Shown here: in pieces, positions 52,305 to 60,696 of the stretch
Position numbering within the stretch: the first letter of the stretch is position 1
How the letters are laid out: the number at the start of each line of letters is the position of its first letter
DNA from: Christensenellales bacterium
GTDB lineage: Bacteria; Bacillota; Clostridia; Christensenellales; DTU072
DNA length: 64,000 nucleotides
Direction: 5' to 3'
NCBI GenBank assembly: GCA_050309775.1
Contig: JBNRMV010000005.1
Span: forward strand, 86,292 to 150,291
The notes under the pieces: generated by a model
The model's input: only the letters and a program-made list of their open reading frames with translations
Told to the model about the DNA's origin: nothing
Databases searched by the model: none
Translations under genes and position numbers: made by a program

Positions 52305-55300
52305 TTATTTTTTCTTTCTTGCTCTCTTTTCCGCCGCATCATATGGGTTATAGACTTTTCTGCGTTTTATTATTACTTTCTTAATTATGAAGAACAATCC
52401 TACTATGGCTCCGCCGCCGCCAAAAATGCCGCCGACAACTTTCAGCCAAAGCAGTTCGTCCCTCTCTCTCTGTGGCGGCTCTTCTTCCGGAGGCGCCACA
52501 ACATTGAAACTGCGCGAGTATACGACTATGTTGTCATACACTACCTGTATTTTTACCGAACGCTCATTCCCGTACAGCAAAATAAACGACACTACATCTC
52601 CGTCTTGTACAAGCATAAGATGCTCATAGCCTTCTTTGAAACGAATGAAACACTGCGACTCCTCAACTTGTATTACGCCATTTTCTAAGAAGACGCCGCC
52701 GGATATTTCAAACACGCCCTCTCCTGCAGGAATAATCGGCGGTTCTTCCTCATCTTCCTGCAAAATAACGCTGAAGGTCTTTGCAAATACCGTGTTGCCG
52801 TCGTATCGTATTTCTATTCTGTACTCACCTGTTGCCGCCAGCGTAATGAAACTTACTTTTTTGCCGTCAAGGTACAATTCCGCATCGGCGTACTCTTCGG
52901 TTAGGGTGACATTTGTGACTTCCGTCAAGTATATGTTGTTGTCCGAAAGTATAACTGACTGTGTGTCAAACTCCAATGCGTCCTCGCGCACAGGCTTGCC
53001 GTTGACGCTTACGGTTGTTGTCGCCTCCTCAAAGTTGTGACTGTCCGTCGGCGTAAACAATACCTGATACTCGTTTATTCCCCTTTTCAGCGAAGTGTCG
53101 CCCAGCCAGGAGAAGGAGCCTGCTACCTCAATGTCATTCAGCATTGCCACTCCTATTATATCATTATTTTGGAGTTTTGCAACGACTGAATAAGGCATAA
53201 TTATGTCTTGAATAAATAATACGGGCGTTGCTTTTGTGATAGTAAGCGTCGCCGTCAGAGTCTGCATAAAAGAGTTGGGGAAAATCACCGTGGCAATGAC
53301 ATTGTACAACCCTACCTGTGTCTTGAAATTGTTTTGGTAAGATACCGTTGCGCCCTGCGGCAGCGCCTGATTGAGGGAAAGCGACTTAACCGTGCCGTCA
53401 TAGACAAAACTTCTGCTTGCCATAGACATCGGCGGATATTCGTTCGGGGTGACTACCAATGTGCCTGTAATGAAAGTAATCTCATAGTTTTGCAATTCAA
53501 ACGGGGTTATGGTGATAGGTAGTGTCAGCCCGACGGGAGAAGTCGGAAGATATGCGCAGTTGTAGACCAACTGCCTTGACATATTTGACAATGTGTCGGT
53601 GCCGCGCAATCCCGTAACGGTGGCGGTATAGTTTATGTTTTCTGTGCCTCTGACTACGCTTTTGTCATTTGCGCGTATAGTCAGCGGAGCTTTTGTTATT
53701 TCAAGGCTGACAACCTGCGTTTCAAGTTTATAATTTATCGAAAACTCCAGTTCCGCCCATATGTTGTAAGTGCCGACATTTTTCAGTCCGCCGTCAGACA
53801 TTATTTGTGTTGAGACGCTCTCTCCTGCAACGACATTGTCAATAGTCAGCACAAAGGGTTGTTGTATTGCGCCGTTATAAACAACGCTGATATGACTTTC
53901 ATTCCAGCTATGCGTCAGCTCTCTTTTCTGCACGGTGACCCTGTTTGTCCCCGCTCCTTCGGGAATGGAAAAATCAAAGTTCGGCGTGTCCTTTACAGAT
54001 GTAACATTATAAATACCTGCTGCAGGTCCGGCATAATAGTATTCCACATCCACCGATTCATTGGTTTCGGCGACAAAAAAGCCGCGTTGAATGATAAAAG
54101 TTCTACCTGAAGTATAAGTTCTGCCTGCATAGACAAAATCTTTATAATCGCCATAGACGAATTCCACATAATTGGGCGCATAATCCACCGCCAGCCTGCG
54201 AATGCTGAATACGGGGTTGTTGACTATCTGATAATTGCTGTTGTCAGAAACGGGATAAGTAGTGTAGCTGCCTGCATTCATTACGCTGTTTACGGCATAT
54301 TCATAGCCATATCCCAGTAAGCTGTATTCCCAGCTTACGCCGACGCTGTCGCCGTCAATAACACCGTCCAAAACATATGACGGCGTTTGATTGGTTTTGT
54401 TGTAAACGGCAGATGCCGTAATTTCCAAATTCAACTCTTTCTTTGTTATGTTGAGTACTGTCAGCAGCGTTTTGTCTTTGTAGTTGCGGCTGCCCGAAAA
54501 AATCGTCGTAATGTTATATCTTCCGGCATATTTGAAAGAAGTAAAGGACTCATTTGCCGAATTTTTTCCGCTTTGCACAATGGTGAAGTTGTCATTCAAA
54601 GGCAGCTCCCCTTCGTAACTTATGTTGTGATACTGCCCGTCATACTCCAAAGTATACTCCGTTTCAAAATACACCGTTATGTCGGCTTTATTCACAGTCA
54701 TCTGAGCAAGGAACTGGGTATTGGCATAATTGCCGTTTATGGCGGTGACATATGCCGCCACGGTATATACTCCGCTGTCTGTCGGCGCCTCTGCCAACAA
54801 CTGTTCGCCTAAATAATAAGTATATATTGCGTCAGTTTGATAGCTCAACAAATCTATCGGGTGGGTCTTTTGTTGTCCGTCATAAGTCAGTTCAATGTCG
54901 GGATAGTTGAAAATGTCCGTCATCTGCGCATTGGCAACGGTCAAAATACCTTTTTCAAAGGTAATATTATAATTCGGCGCCGTCAAGCCATGCACAAGAA
55001 TGTCATAGCTGCCGACATCGTCGCCTGCGATATAAGCCCCCTCAAAAACTGCCTGTCCCGACAAAACTGCGGCAGTGTCGCTGCCTCGAAATGCTATTTC
55101 GTCCAAAGCGTACTGCGGCGGCAAAGCGCCATAGGATATTTGCATATCCTTAGGTTTGATTACCAGTTCAACGGCAGTTATTGTTAACAGAACTTCTTTT
55201 GTATAATCGGTATAATTGGGTTTTGAAAAAATGCCTTGCACTGTATAACTACCCACATTGCGGTTGTTGTTGTTTATGTATGAGGCTGTGACGCCTTCGG

Positions 55301-58300
55301 GCAATTGCGCGGCAATGGCAATAACCTCTCCTTCATACTCTTTCTGAATGTCCTCAAAAACAATGCCTTGGCTGGGCAAAGGTATTGCGTTTACGGAAAG
55401 CGTTGCTTTTGTGACAATTACATTATAATTTGTCAAAGTGACGGCAAATGAGATTTCATAACTGCCTATATTGCTTCCGGCAGTATATGCGCATACTGCG
55501 GCGCCGCCTGCGGTCTGAATGGCGGCAAGCGCATTTGTCTGCGCCGTTTGTATTTGTTGTTGCGTTGCGCCGCTATTGGTCTGCGCCTCAGACAAAAAAG
55601 TATATATCGGCGGCTCTTCCAGATAATTTACGGTCTTGTCGTGCATGGTTATGTTGAGGTTGGCTCTTGCCACCTGCACGGCAAAATCTCCGCTGAAAGA
55701 AGTAAAATTTACGCTGCTTATAGTCATAGAAACGGTATAATACCCGACATTGCGAATGTATGTCACGGGTGTGGTGCCTCTTGCCAGCGTGTAAGAATAG
55801 TTTTCCTCCGTCATTCCCACAGAGTCAAGGTTAAATGCCTTGATTTGGGTATAATCATAGTCCTCACCGTCATAAATGTACGGCGTATGCACACCTAAAA
55901 TACCGCCTGTGCCATAAAAATCGGGTGCAGGCAACGGCGCTTTGGCTATTGTTATTGTCAGCGTTTTTGTGTATTGGTACACAAAATCATTGCCCGGGAA
56001 GGAAGCGTTCAGCAAATATGTGCCGGCATTTACAATATAAGGGCTTTCTATGGGGTCAAAAACAACGCCGTTATAAAGCCACTCAAAAACTATGCTTTGG
56101 CGCACGATTTCATTTATTACCAGTTGATGTTCAATGGCGCTGATGAGCAGACTTTGTTCCGGAGCGTATGTTCTGTTATAACTCAAATTTGATGCAAAAT
56201 AACCTTGCGCAATGTCCTCTTTATAGTTCTTGCCGGGTTTTTTTATTGTCGGGCAGATGTTGTTGCCATAATCATAGCCCCAAATGCTTAAATCGTATTG
56301 CGGAAAAAGCCGCAATTGCGCCACGGGCAATATATCGGATTCATATTCAATGACATGGTTATGTATGAGTTGTATGGAGCTGTTTGCTTTGAGCGAAGAA
56401 TTCACCGCGCCGCCGTCATACATCAAGGCGCCGCCGCCGTCAAAGCAATGAGTAATGCTGCCATGCTCTCCTTGCGCAGCAATACCATATGCCGCCGTGC
56501 CATAAAAAGAACTCTTTGTAATGTTGGCATTGTTTTTGCCGGCTATGCCGCCGCTATTTAAGCCTGAAAGATACGCATGACTTTCGGCAAGAATGATATT
56601 GCCGTTGTTTTCGCCGGCTATGCCGCCGCTCTCTGCGCCGGATATTGAGCCATAAACCGTTATGTTTTCCGCACTGCCTAATTCATCTATAACGCTGCAA
56701 AGCATGCCGGTATAATCCAGCGATATGTTTATGCCTCTAAGCCTGACATTCTTTATGCTGCCGGTTATGGCAGTCCTGACCAACGGCTCGTTAAGCAGCC
56801 CGATAATACTGCGCCCCCTGCCGTCAAGATTGGCTATCAAGCTCTCAACATTCAGGCTGTACTTTGTGGGTTGAGCGGAAGAATTTACTACTATATCATT
56901 TGCCAGCGCCGCATAAGTGTTTTCGGCAAGCGCGCTCAATCCTGCAAGCTGTGCCGCCGTAAAAATTAAATACGGGTCGTTCTGTGTGCCGCTGCCCGTC
57001 AAAGCATAGTCTTTTGTTATGTCGACAATCGGCTCAACTCCGGTATACCCAAATGTTTCCGCAAGCGTGAAACTTCTGCCGCCGTATATGTCGGCATGAG
57101 CAAAGGTAGCGCCGTAGCGGTAAGACGGAGTGTAACAATTTGAAAGCGTGCCTCCAACATTTGTCGCAATCTTATTGTTCTGATTGCCGTTTATGAAACC
57201 CAGATTGCGGATTTGGCCAAAATTCTTGTCAAAAAGCGCAGTCGCCGGGAAATTATAAATAACACAATCATTGCCGTCATAATATCCGCTGAATCCCATA
57301 GCAATGTTCAATGGGGCGATTGCTGCCAAACCAAAGTCTATGTCTGCCGTCTGAAGAAAATAAAGGGAAAGCGCCGACTTGTACATAAATGCCTGCAAAA
57401 GCAAAATATCCTCTCTGTCTGCGACAATGAATGGTTGCTCCTCAGTGCCTGCGCCGTCAAAAAAAGCTCCTTGCAAGAAAGGATATTGATTTTCCGCCGC
57501 CTGCCAGATGCCGTCGTTATTTATTTTGCTCAACAGGTCGTCTTCATCGGTATTGAGCAGTTGCGCCTGAGTTATTGCGCTGTTTGTGGTGGGCAAAATC
57601 TCTTGTTCATACCCTTCTTCCACTTCCCAATATAAGTCGGGCTGAAGCAAAGCCGTGCTGAAACAGTCATTTATGTATGCGCTGCCGATAAAGCCGTAAT
57701 CTATTATTTCGTAATAAGGAGTATCCGGCGATTCGGGTGTGACATATTGATATATCGGCTGCAAACCGGAAGTTTTATATAATATGCCGTACAGTTCCCC
57801 TTCGCCGTATAAATCCGAATAACAATATTGCATTTCCGTGTTGTCGCTTTTGCCGATAAGTCCGGCAACGGCAAGCGCCCTTTCTGAAAAATTTATCGGC
57901 TCTTGCGAAACATAGCGCACATCGATGAACGCATTGCCGTTTTTTATTGCGCTGCGATTGTTGTCGTTGTTCGGCACTCCGTTGACCCCGACAAGACCGC
58001 CCACCGACATATTATCAATACTTTTTATGCTGTTGACAACAAGTTCAATTTTTGCGCTGCATTTTTCTACCAAGCCGGCATTAAAAGAGGCTATGCCGCC
58101 AAATCGTGATGAGTTGGTTATCTCCGCCTTACCCATGTAATGACTGTTGCGGATAGTGCCGTAATTTGAAACAGCTATGCCGCCCGAAATTCCCAAGCCC
58201 GATGTTGTATTTTCACAGATATTCAAATAGCTTTTGCAGTTTTCTATAAGTCCGTTGTTTGTGGCGACCAGTCCGCCAAGATTGCCAAAAGCCATGTTCC

Positions 58301-58775
58301 CCGAAGCCGTGACATTGTATATTGTGCCGTTGTTTGTGACGGTCAGAAGCGCCCTTGCTTGCGTCAAAGACGCGTTATAAAAATTCAAGTTCCTTACAAC
58401 TCCGCTTCCGCCGATTTCAGAAAACATTGTAGTACGGGCATTGTATGCTGTATGTCCGTTGCCTTCAAAAACACCGAAAAACTTTTTTGAAAAGGGATAT
58501 ACCGCCAGGTCAATGTCGCAGTTCAGCACAACGGTTTTGCCGTTGAAAGTATATGCCGAAGAAAGCGTGGCTAATTTTCCCCAGTCGGAAGTTGTGTCAA
58601 CGACCAACACACTGTTGCTGCCATAATAAGCTACAACATCGTTGCCTATTGCCGCCTCGGCGGTGTCGTTTGCAGGAAAAAAGTTTGCGCAAAACATAGC
58701 AACAATAAACATTATTGCAATAAGGGGTAAAATCAACTTTTTCTTCGATTTAGCCAAATTGTACTCCATAGTCAT
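52305..58775 (-). CDS. giant surface protein (2,156 aa): signal peptide, GLUG-motif region, MBG/YGX-type repeat array, C-terminal transmembrane tail anchor
   Basis: Uninterrupted 6.5-kb ORF. N-terminal signal ...LIAIMFIVAMFCANFFPANDTAEA. GLUG-like units: GGLVATNNGLIENC, SGGIAVSNYGTIRNS, GGIAGENNGNIILAES, GGIAGKNNANITKSS. MBG-like units: ISYGALPPQY, NYNITFEKGILTV. C-terminus LWLKVVGGIFGGGGAIVGLFFIIKKVIIKRRK. Confidence 0.9.
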   Translation of the reverse strand: MTMEYNLAKSKKKLILPLIAIMFIVAMFCANFFPANDTAEAAIGNDVVAYYGSNSVLVVDTTSDWGKLATLSSAYTFNGKTVVLNCDIDLAVYPFSKKFFGVFEGNGHTAYNARTTMFSEIGGSGVVRNLNFYNASLTQARALLTVTNNGTIYNVTASGNMAFGNLGGLVATNNGLIENCKSYLNICENTTSGLGISGGIAVSNYGTIRNSHYMGKAEITNSSRFGGIASFNAGLVEKCSAKIELVVNSIKSIDNMSVGGLVGVNGVPNNDNNRSAIKNGNAFIDVRYVSQEPINFSERALAVAGLIGKSDNTEMQYCYSDLYGEGELYGILYKTSGLQPIYQYVTPESPDTPYYEIIDYGFIGSAYINDCFSTALLQPDLYWEVEEGYEQEILPTTNSAITQAQLLNTDEDDLLSKINNDGIWQAAENQYPFLQGAFFDGAGTEEQPFIVADREDILLLQAFMYKSALSLYFLQTADIDFGLAAIAPLNIAMGFSGYYDGNDCVIYNFPATALFDKNFGQIRNLGFINGNQNNKIATNVGGTLSNCYTPSYRYGATFAHADIYGGRSFTLAETFGYTGVEPIVDITKDYALTGSGTQNDPYLIFTAAQLAGLSALAENTYAALANDIVVNSSAQPTKYSLNVESLIANLDGRGRSIIGLLNEPLVRTAITGSIKNVRLRGINISLDYTGMLCSVIDELGSAENITVYGSISGAESGGIAGENNGNIILAESHAYLSGLNSGGIAGKNNANITKSSFYGTAAYGIAAQGEHGSITHCFDGGGALMYDGGAVNSSLKANSSIQLIHNHVIEYESDILPVAQLRLFPQYDLSIWGYDYGNNICPTIKKPGKNYKEDIAQGYFASNLSYNRTYAPEQSLLISAIEHQLVINEIVRQSIVFEWLYNGVVFDPIESPYIVNAGTYLLNASFPGNDFVYQYTKTLTITIAKAPLPAPDFYGTGGILGVHTPYIYDGEDYDYTQIKAFNLDSVGMTEENYSYTLARGTTPVTYIRNVGYYTVSMTISSVNFTSFSGDFAVQVARANLNITMHDKTVNYLEEPPIYTFLSEAQTNSGATQQQIQTAQTNALAAIQTAGGAAVCAYTAGSNIGSYEISFAVTLTNYNVIVTKATLSVNAIPLPSQGIVFEDIQKEYEGEVIAIAAQLPEGVTASYINNNNRNVGSYTVQGIFSKPNYTDYTKEVLLTITAVELVIKPKDMQISYGALPPQYALDEIAFRGSDTAAVLSGQAVFEGAYIAGDDVGSYDILVHGLTAPNYNITFEKGILTVANAQMTDIFNYPDIELTYDGQQKTHPIDLLSYQTDAIYTYYLGEQLLAEAPTDSGVYTVAAYVTAINGNYANTQFLAQMTVNKADITVYFETEYTLEYDGQYHNISYEGELPLNDNFTIVQSGKNSANESFTSFKYAGRYNITTIFSGSRNYKDKTLLTVLNITKKELNLEITASAVYNKTNQTPSYVLDGVIDGDSVGVSWEYSLLGYGYEYAVNSVMNAGSYTTYPVSDNSNYQIVNNPVFSIRRLAVDYAPNYVEFVYGDYKDFVYAGRTYTSGRTFIIQRGFFVAETNESVDVEYYYAGPAAGIYNVTSVKDTPNFDFSIPEGAGTNRVTVQKRELTHSWNESHISVVYNGAIQQPFVLTIDNVVAGESVSTQIMSDGGLKNVGTYNIWAELEFSINYKLETQVVSLEITKAPLTIRANDKSVVRGTENINYTATVTGLRGTDTLSNMSRQLVYNCAYLPTSPVGLTLPITITPFELQNYEITFITGTLVVTPNEYPPMSMASRSFVYDGTVKSLSLNQALPQGATVSYQNNFKTQVGLYNVIATVIFPNSFMQTLTATLTITKATPVLFIQDIIMPYSVVAKLQNNDIIGVAMLNDIEVAGSFSWLGDTSLKRGINEYQVLFTPTDSHNFEEATTTVSVNGKPVREDALEFDTQSVILSDNNIYLTEVTNVTLTEEYADAELYLDGKKVSFITLAATGEYRIEIRYDGNTVFAKTFSVILQEDEEEPPIIPAGEGVFEISGGVFLENGVIQVEESQCFIRFKEGYEHLMLVQDGDVVSFILLYGNERSVKIQVVYDNIVVYSRSFNVVAPPEEEPPQRERDELLWLKVVGGIFGGGGAIVGLFFIIKKVIIKRRKVYNPYDAAEKRARKKK

Positions 58776-58811
58776 TTTATGCGCAAGTTAATAATAAGTA
58801 TAGCACATCAA

Positions 58812-58840
58812 ATTATACTCTTCCAATAATAAAATTACAA
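58812..58840 (-). promoter_or_regulatory. promoter of the 2,156-aa gene
   Basis: Minus strand TTGTAA (58835-58840), 17 nt, TATAAT (58812-58817). A second TATAAT (58842-58847) lies 30 nt upstream, within an 11-nt direct repeat CAAATTATACT. Confidence 0.55.
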
Positions 58841-58964
58841 ATTATACTTAAATAAAACTTAAATTAAACTAATAAAATAATTTAGCAAAATAAAATAATT
58901 ATTAGGTTTCAACAAAACCCTGTGTTTATGCTGCTGAAATATCAAATATAGTAGCCCAAAATTG

Positions 58965-58999
58965 GCATACGGAGATTTTGTGTCAAAATCCCCGTATGC
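58965..58999 (-). terminator. probable terminator of the padR operon
   Basis: GCATACGG(A/G)GATTTT...AAAATC(C)CCGTATGC, a 15-bp stem with one mismatch. The T-tract on the minus strand is weak (CAATTTTGGG). Confidence 0.5.
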
Positions 59000-59021
59000 A
59001 AAATGAATTCTATTCGTTGGC

Positions 59022-59795
59022 TTATTTTCTGTTCACTCTTGCCCGCACAGCCACGGCTAAAATAATTGCGTCAACGATGACGGCAACCAGCACAATAAGC
59101 CAGTACGGGTGCCAAGTTATTATATGCAAGAAAGACAGCGATACATAAACCGCAACGGCCGCCGTCGGTATTAGCCCTAAAGTTGTTGCCAGCGCAGGGC
59201 GCATTCTTTTGGTGGAAATATCAATAATCAGCTCTGCCAACATCAAAAATGTCGGAAGAAACAGCATAATTATCCAACTTTTTGACCAGATACCCATTAT
59301 AAGGGATACTCCCAGATACATTCCCACAGTCGCAAGGCTGACTGCCGACAGTAGCGAAACACGGGGAAGTACAATTTTGTTTTTGGCAAGCCCCTTTGCG
59401 GCGCCGACCATCAGCATAAATACCAGTCCTGCAAATATACCTTCGACAACTATCAGCCATGTTATTTTCCAACCGCCCTTAAGAAAGCTGACGGCTAGGA
59501 ATACTCCGATAAGAACCAATACATATATGGCAAAGTACAACAACTTTGTTGCGGCGTTTGCTACTTCTTTCTGTATGATTGGTTTACTTCTCATGACCTT
59601 TAGGGTATCCTTAAAGCCGCTTATGGAGTTTATGCTCAATTTGAATACTTCGTCGTCGCTCTTGCCTGCCGCTTTGAGTTCCTCGGCTTTTTCCATCAGC
59701 GTACCCAGCAATTCGTCTTTTAAGTCATTTACTTCGCGTGACTTTGGCAAGCCCTTGAATTCTTTTGATAAATAAGCCTCAAATCTTTCAATCAT
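59022..59795 (-). CDS. PadR-associated membrane protein (DUF1700/HAAS-like N-terminal helical domain plus 5-6 TM helices)
   Basis: MIERFEAYLSKEFKGLPKSREVNDLKDELLGTLMEKAEEL is the typical N-terminus of membrane proteins encoded after PadR regulators. 8-nt overlap with padR. Confidence 0.7.
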   Translation of the reverse strand: MIERFEAYLSKEFKGLPKSREVNDLKDELLGTLMEKAEELKAAGKSDDEVFKLSINSISGFKDTLKVMRSKPIIQKEVANAATKLLYFAIYVLVLIGVFLAVSFLKGGWKITWLIVVEGIFAGLVFMLMVGAAKGLAKNKIVLPRVSLLSAVSLATVGMYLGVSLIMGIWSKSWIIMLFLPTFLMLAELIIDISTKRMRPALATTLGLIPTAAVAVYVSLSFLHIITWHPYWLIVLVAVIVDAIILAVAVRARVNRK

Positions 59796-60129
59796 TGTTA
59801 TTCCCTCCCAAAATTAAATTGTCAAGTATGCTCTTCAGCTTTTTCCACTCTTCCCTCTTTTCTGCATAGAGCTTTCTGCCCTTTTCTGTTATGGAATAAT
59901 AGCGCCGCCTTGCGCCGCCTACCCCATCTCCCCAGTAAGTCGCCAGCAAACCATCATTTTCCATTCTGCGGAACGCCGTATATATGGTGGCGTCCTTTAT
60001 GTCAACCAGACCTTGACCGTTGTCTACAATATCCTTGCTGATTTCGTAGCCATAACTGTCCTTCTCTGAAAGCATACGCAAAATAATAGTTTCGGTATGG
60101 CCCCGTAAAAAATCATTGTTCTGCGCCAT
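59788..60129 (-). CDS. PadR-family transcriptional regulator
   Basis: LRGHTETIILRMLSEKDSYGYEISKDI...IKDATIYTAFRRMENDGLL winged-helix signature. AAGGAGGG SD. Confidence 0.9.
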   Translation of the reverse strand: MAQNNDFLRGHTETIILRMLSEKDSYGYEISKDIVDNGQGLVDIKDATIYTAFRRMENDGLLATYWGDGVGGARRRYYSITEKGRKLYAEKREEWKKLKSILDNLILGGNNND

Positions 60130-60140
60130 GTACCCTCCTT

Positions 60141-60161
60141 GTATATAAACTGTTTATATAC
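60141..60161. promoter_or_regulatory. candidate PadR operator (perfect 10-1-10 palindrome)
   Basis: GTATATAAAC-T-GTTTATATAC lies between the -10 box and the SD of padR. Confidence 0.6.
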
Positions 60162-60190
60162 ATAATATCATTATCTATTCATCATTGCAA
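60162..60190 (-). promoter_or_regulatory. padR promoter
   Basis: Minus strand TTGCAA (60185-60190), 17 nt, TATTAT (60162-60167), directly abutting the palindrome. Confidence 0.6.
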
Positions 60191-60225
60191 TAGGTTTTAC
60201 AAAATTTTTTGAAAATTTATTAAAA

Positions 60226-60261
60226 AAATATAAAAACGCCCAATGTTCACAACATTGAGCG
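60226..60261 (-). terminator. rho-independent terminator after the coiled-coil gene
   Basis: Minus strand CGCTCAATGTT-GTG-AACATTGGGCG (one G-U pair) followed by TTTTTATATTTTTTT. Confidence 0.75.
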
Positions 60262-60282
60262 TTGATTTATGCGTTTGTGCAA

Positions 60283-60693
60283 TTATTCTTCTTGTTCTGA
60301 ACTAAGTTTTTTCATTGCCGTCAAGATGCTGTCTTTTGCCACCTGAAGATGCTCATTGACATCGCTAAGCATTTTGTACAGGTTTTTCATGGTATTTGTG
60401 GCATATTCTGTTTGTATTTCGTATGCCTTTTGGACAATTTCTTCGGCGCGTCTTTCGGCTTCTTTTACCACTTCGGTTTCGGAAAGCATCTGCTCCCTTC
60501 TTTTCTCCGCAAGCGCAACAATGTTTTGCGCCTTTTGGGTTTCTTCACGAATGCGTTTCTCGTTCAGCGCTTCGGGCAAACTTGCTCTTATTCTTTCGGT
60601 ATAAGATAAAATAGCGTTTTTGTCCAGCGCAAAAATTTTCTTTGATTTTATTTCGTTTTCGATATAATTTAACAATAAATTGATGTCTTCCAT
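60283..60693 (-). CDS. hypothetical coiled-coil protein (136 aa)
   Basis: Strongly helical, Glu/Lys/Ala-rich (EKRREQMLSETEVVKEAERRAEEIVQKAYE). AAGGAG SD. No catalytic motif. Confidence 0.6.
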   Translation of the reverse strand: MEDINLLLNYIENEIKSKKIFALDKNAILSYTERIRASLPEALNEKRIREETQKAQNIVALAEKRREQMLSETEVVKEAERRAEEIVQKAYEIQTEYATNTMKNLYKMLSDVNEHLQVAKDSILTAMKKLSSEQEE

Positions 60694-60696
60694 AAT

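Noticed and set aside
56500-58650. Short recurring DNA strings (e.g. GCCGGCTATGCCGCCGCT at about 56541 and about 56613), considered as a possible CRISPR-like or tandem repeat
   Set aside because: They are in frame within one long ORF and encode the recurring GGIAG GLUG motif. There is no repeat-spacer regularity and there are no cas genes.
58776-59021. c-di-GMP or other riboswitch upstream of the giant adhesin genes (also 19308-19532 and 29649-29752)
   Set aside because: These leaders are very AT-rich and short (0-55 nt from the predicted TSS). They lack the GC-rich paired elements of GEMM-type riboswitches. The only hairpin (58965-58999) is the terminator of the upstream padR operon.
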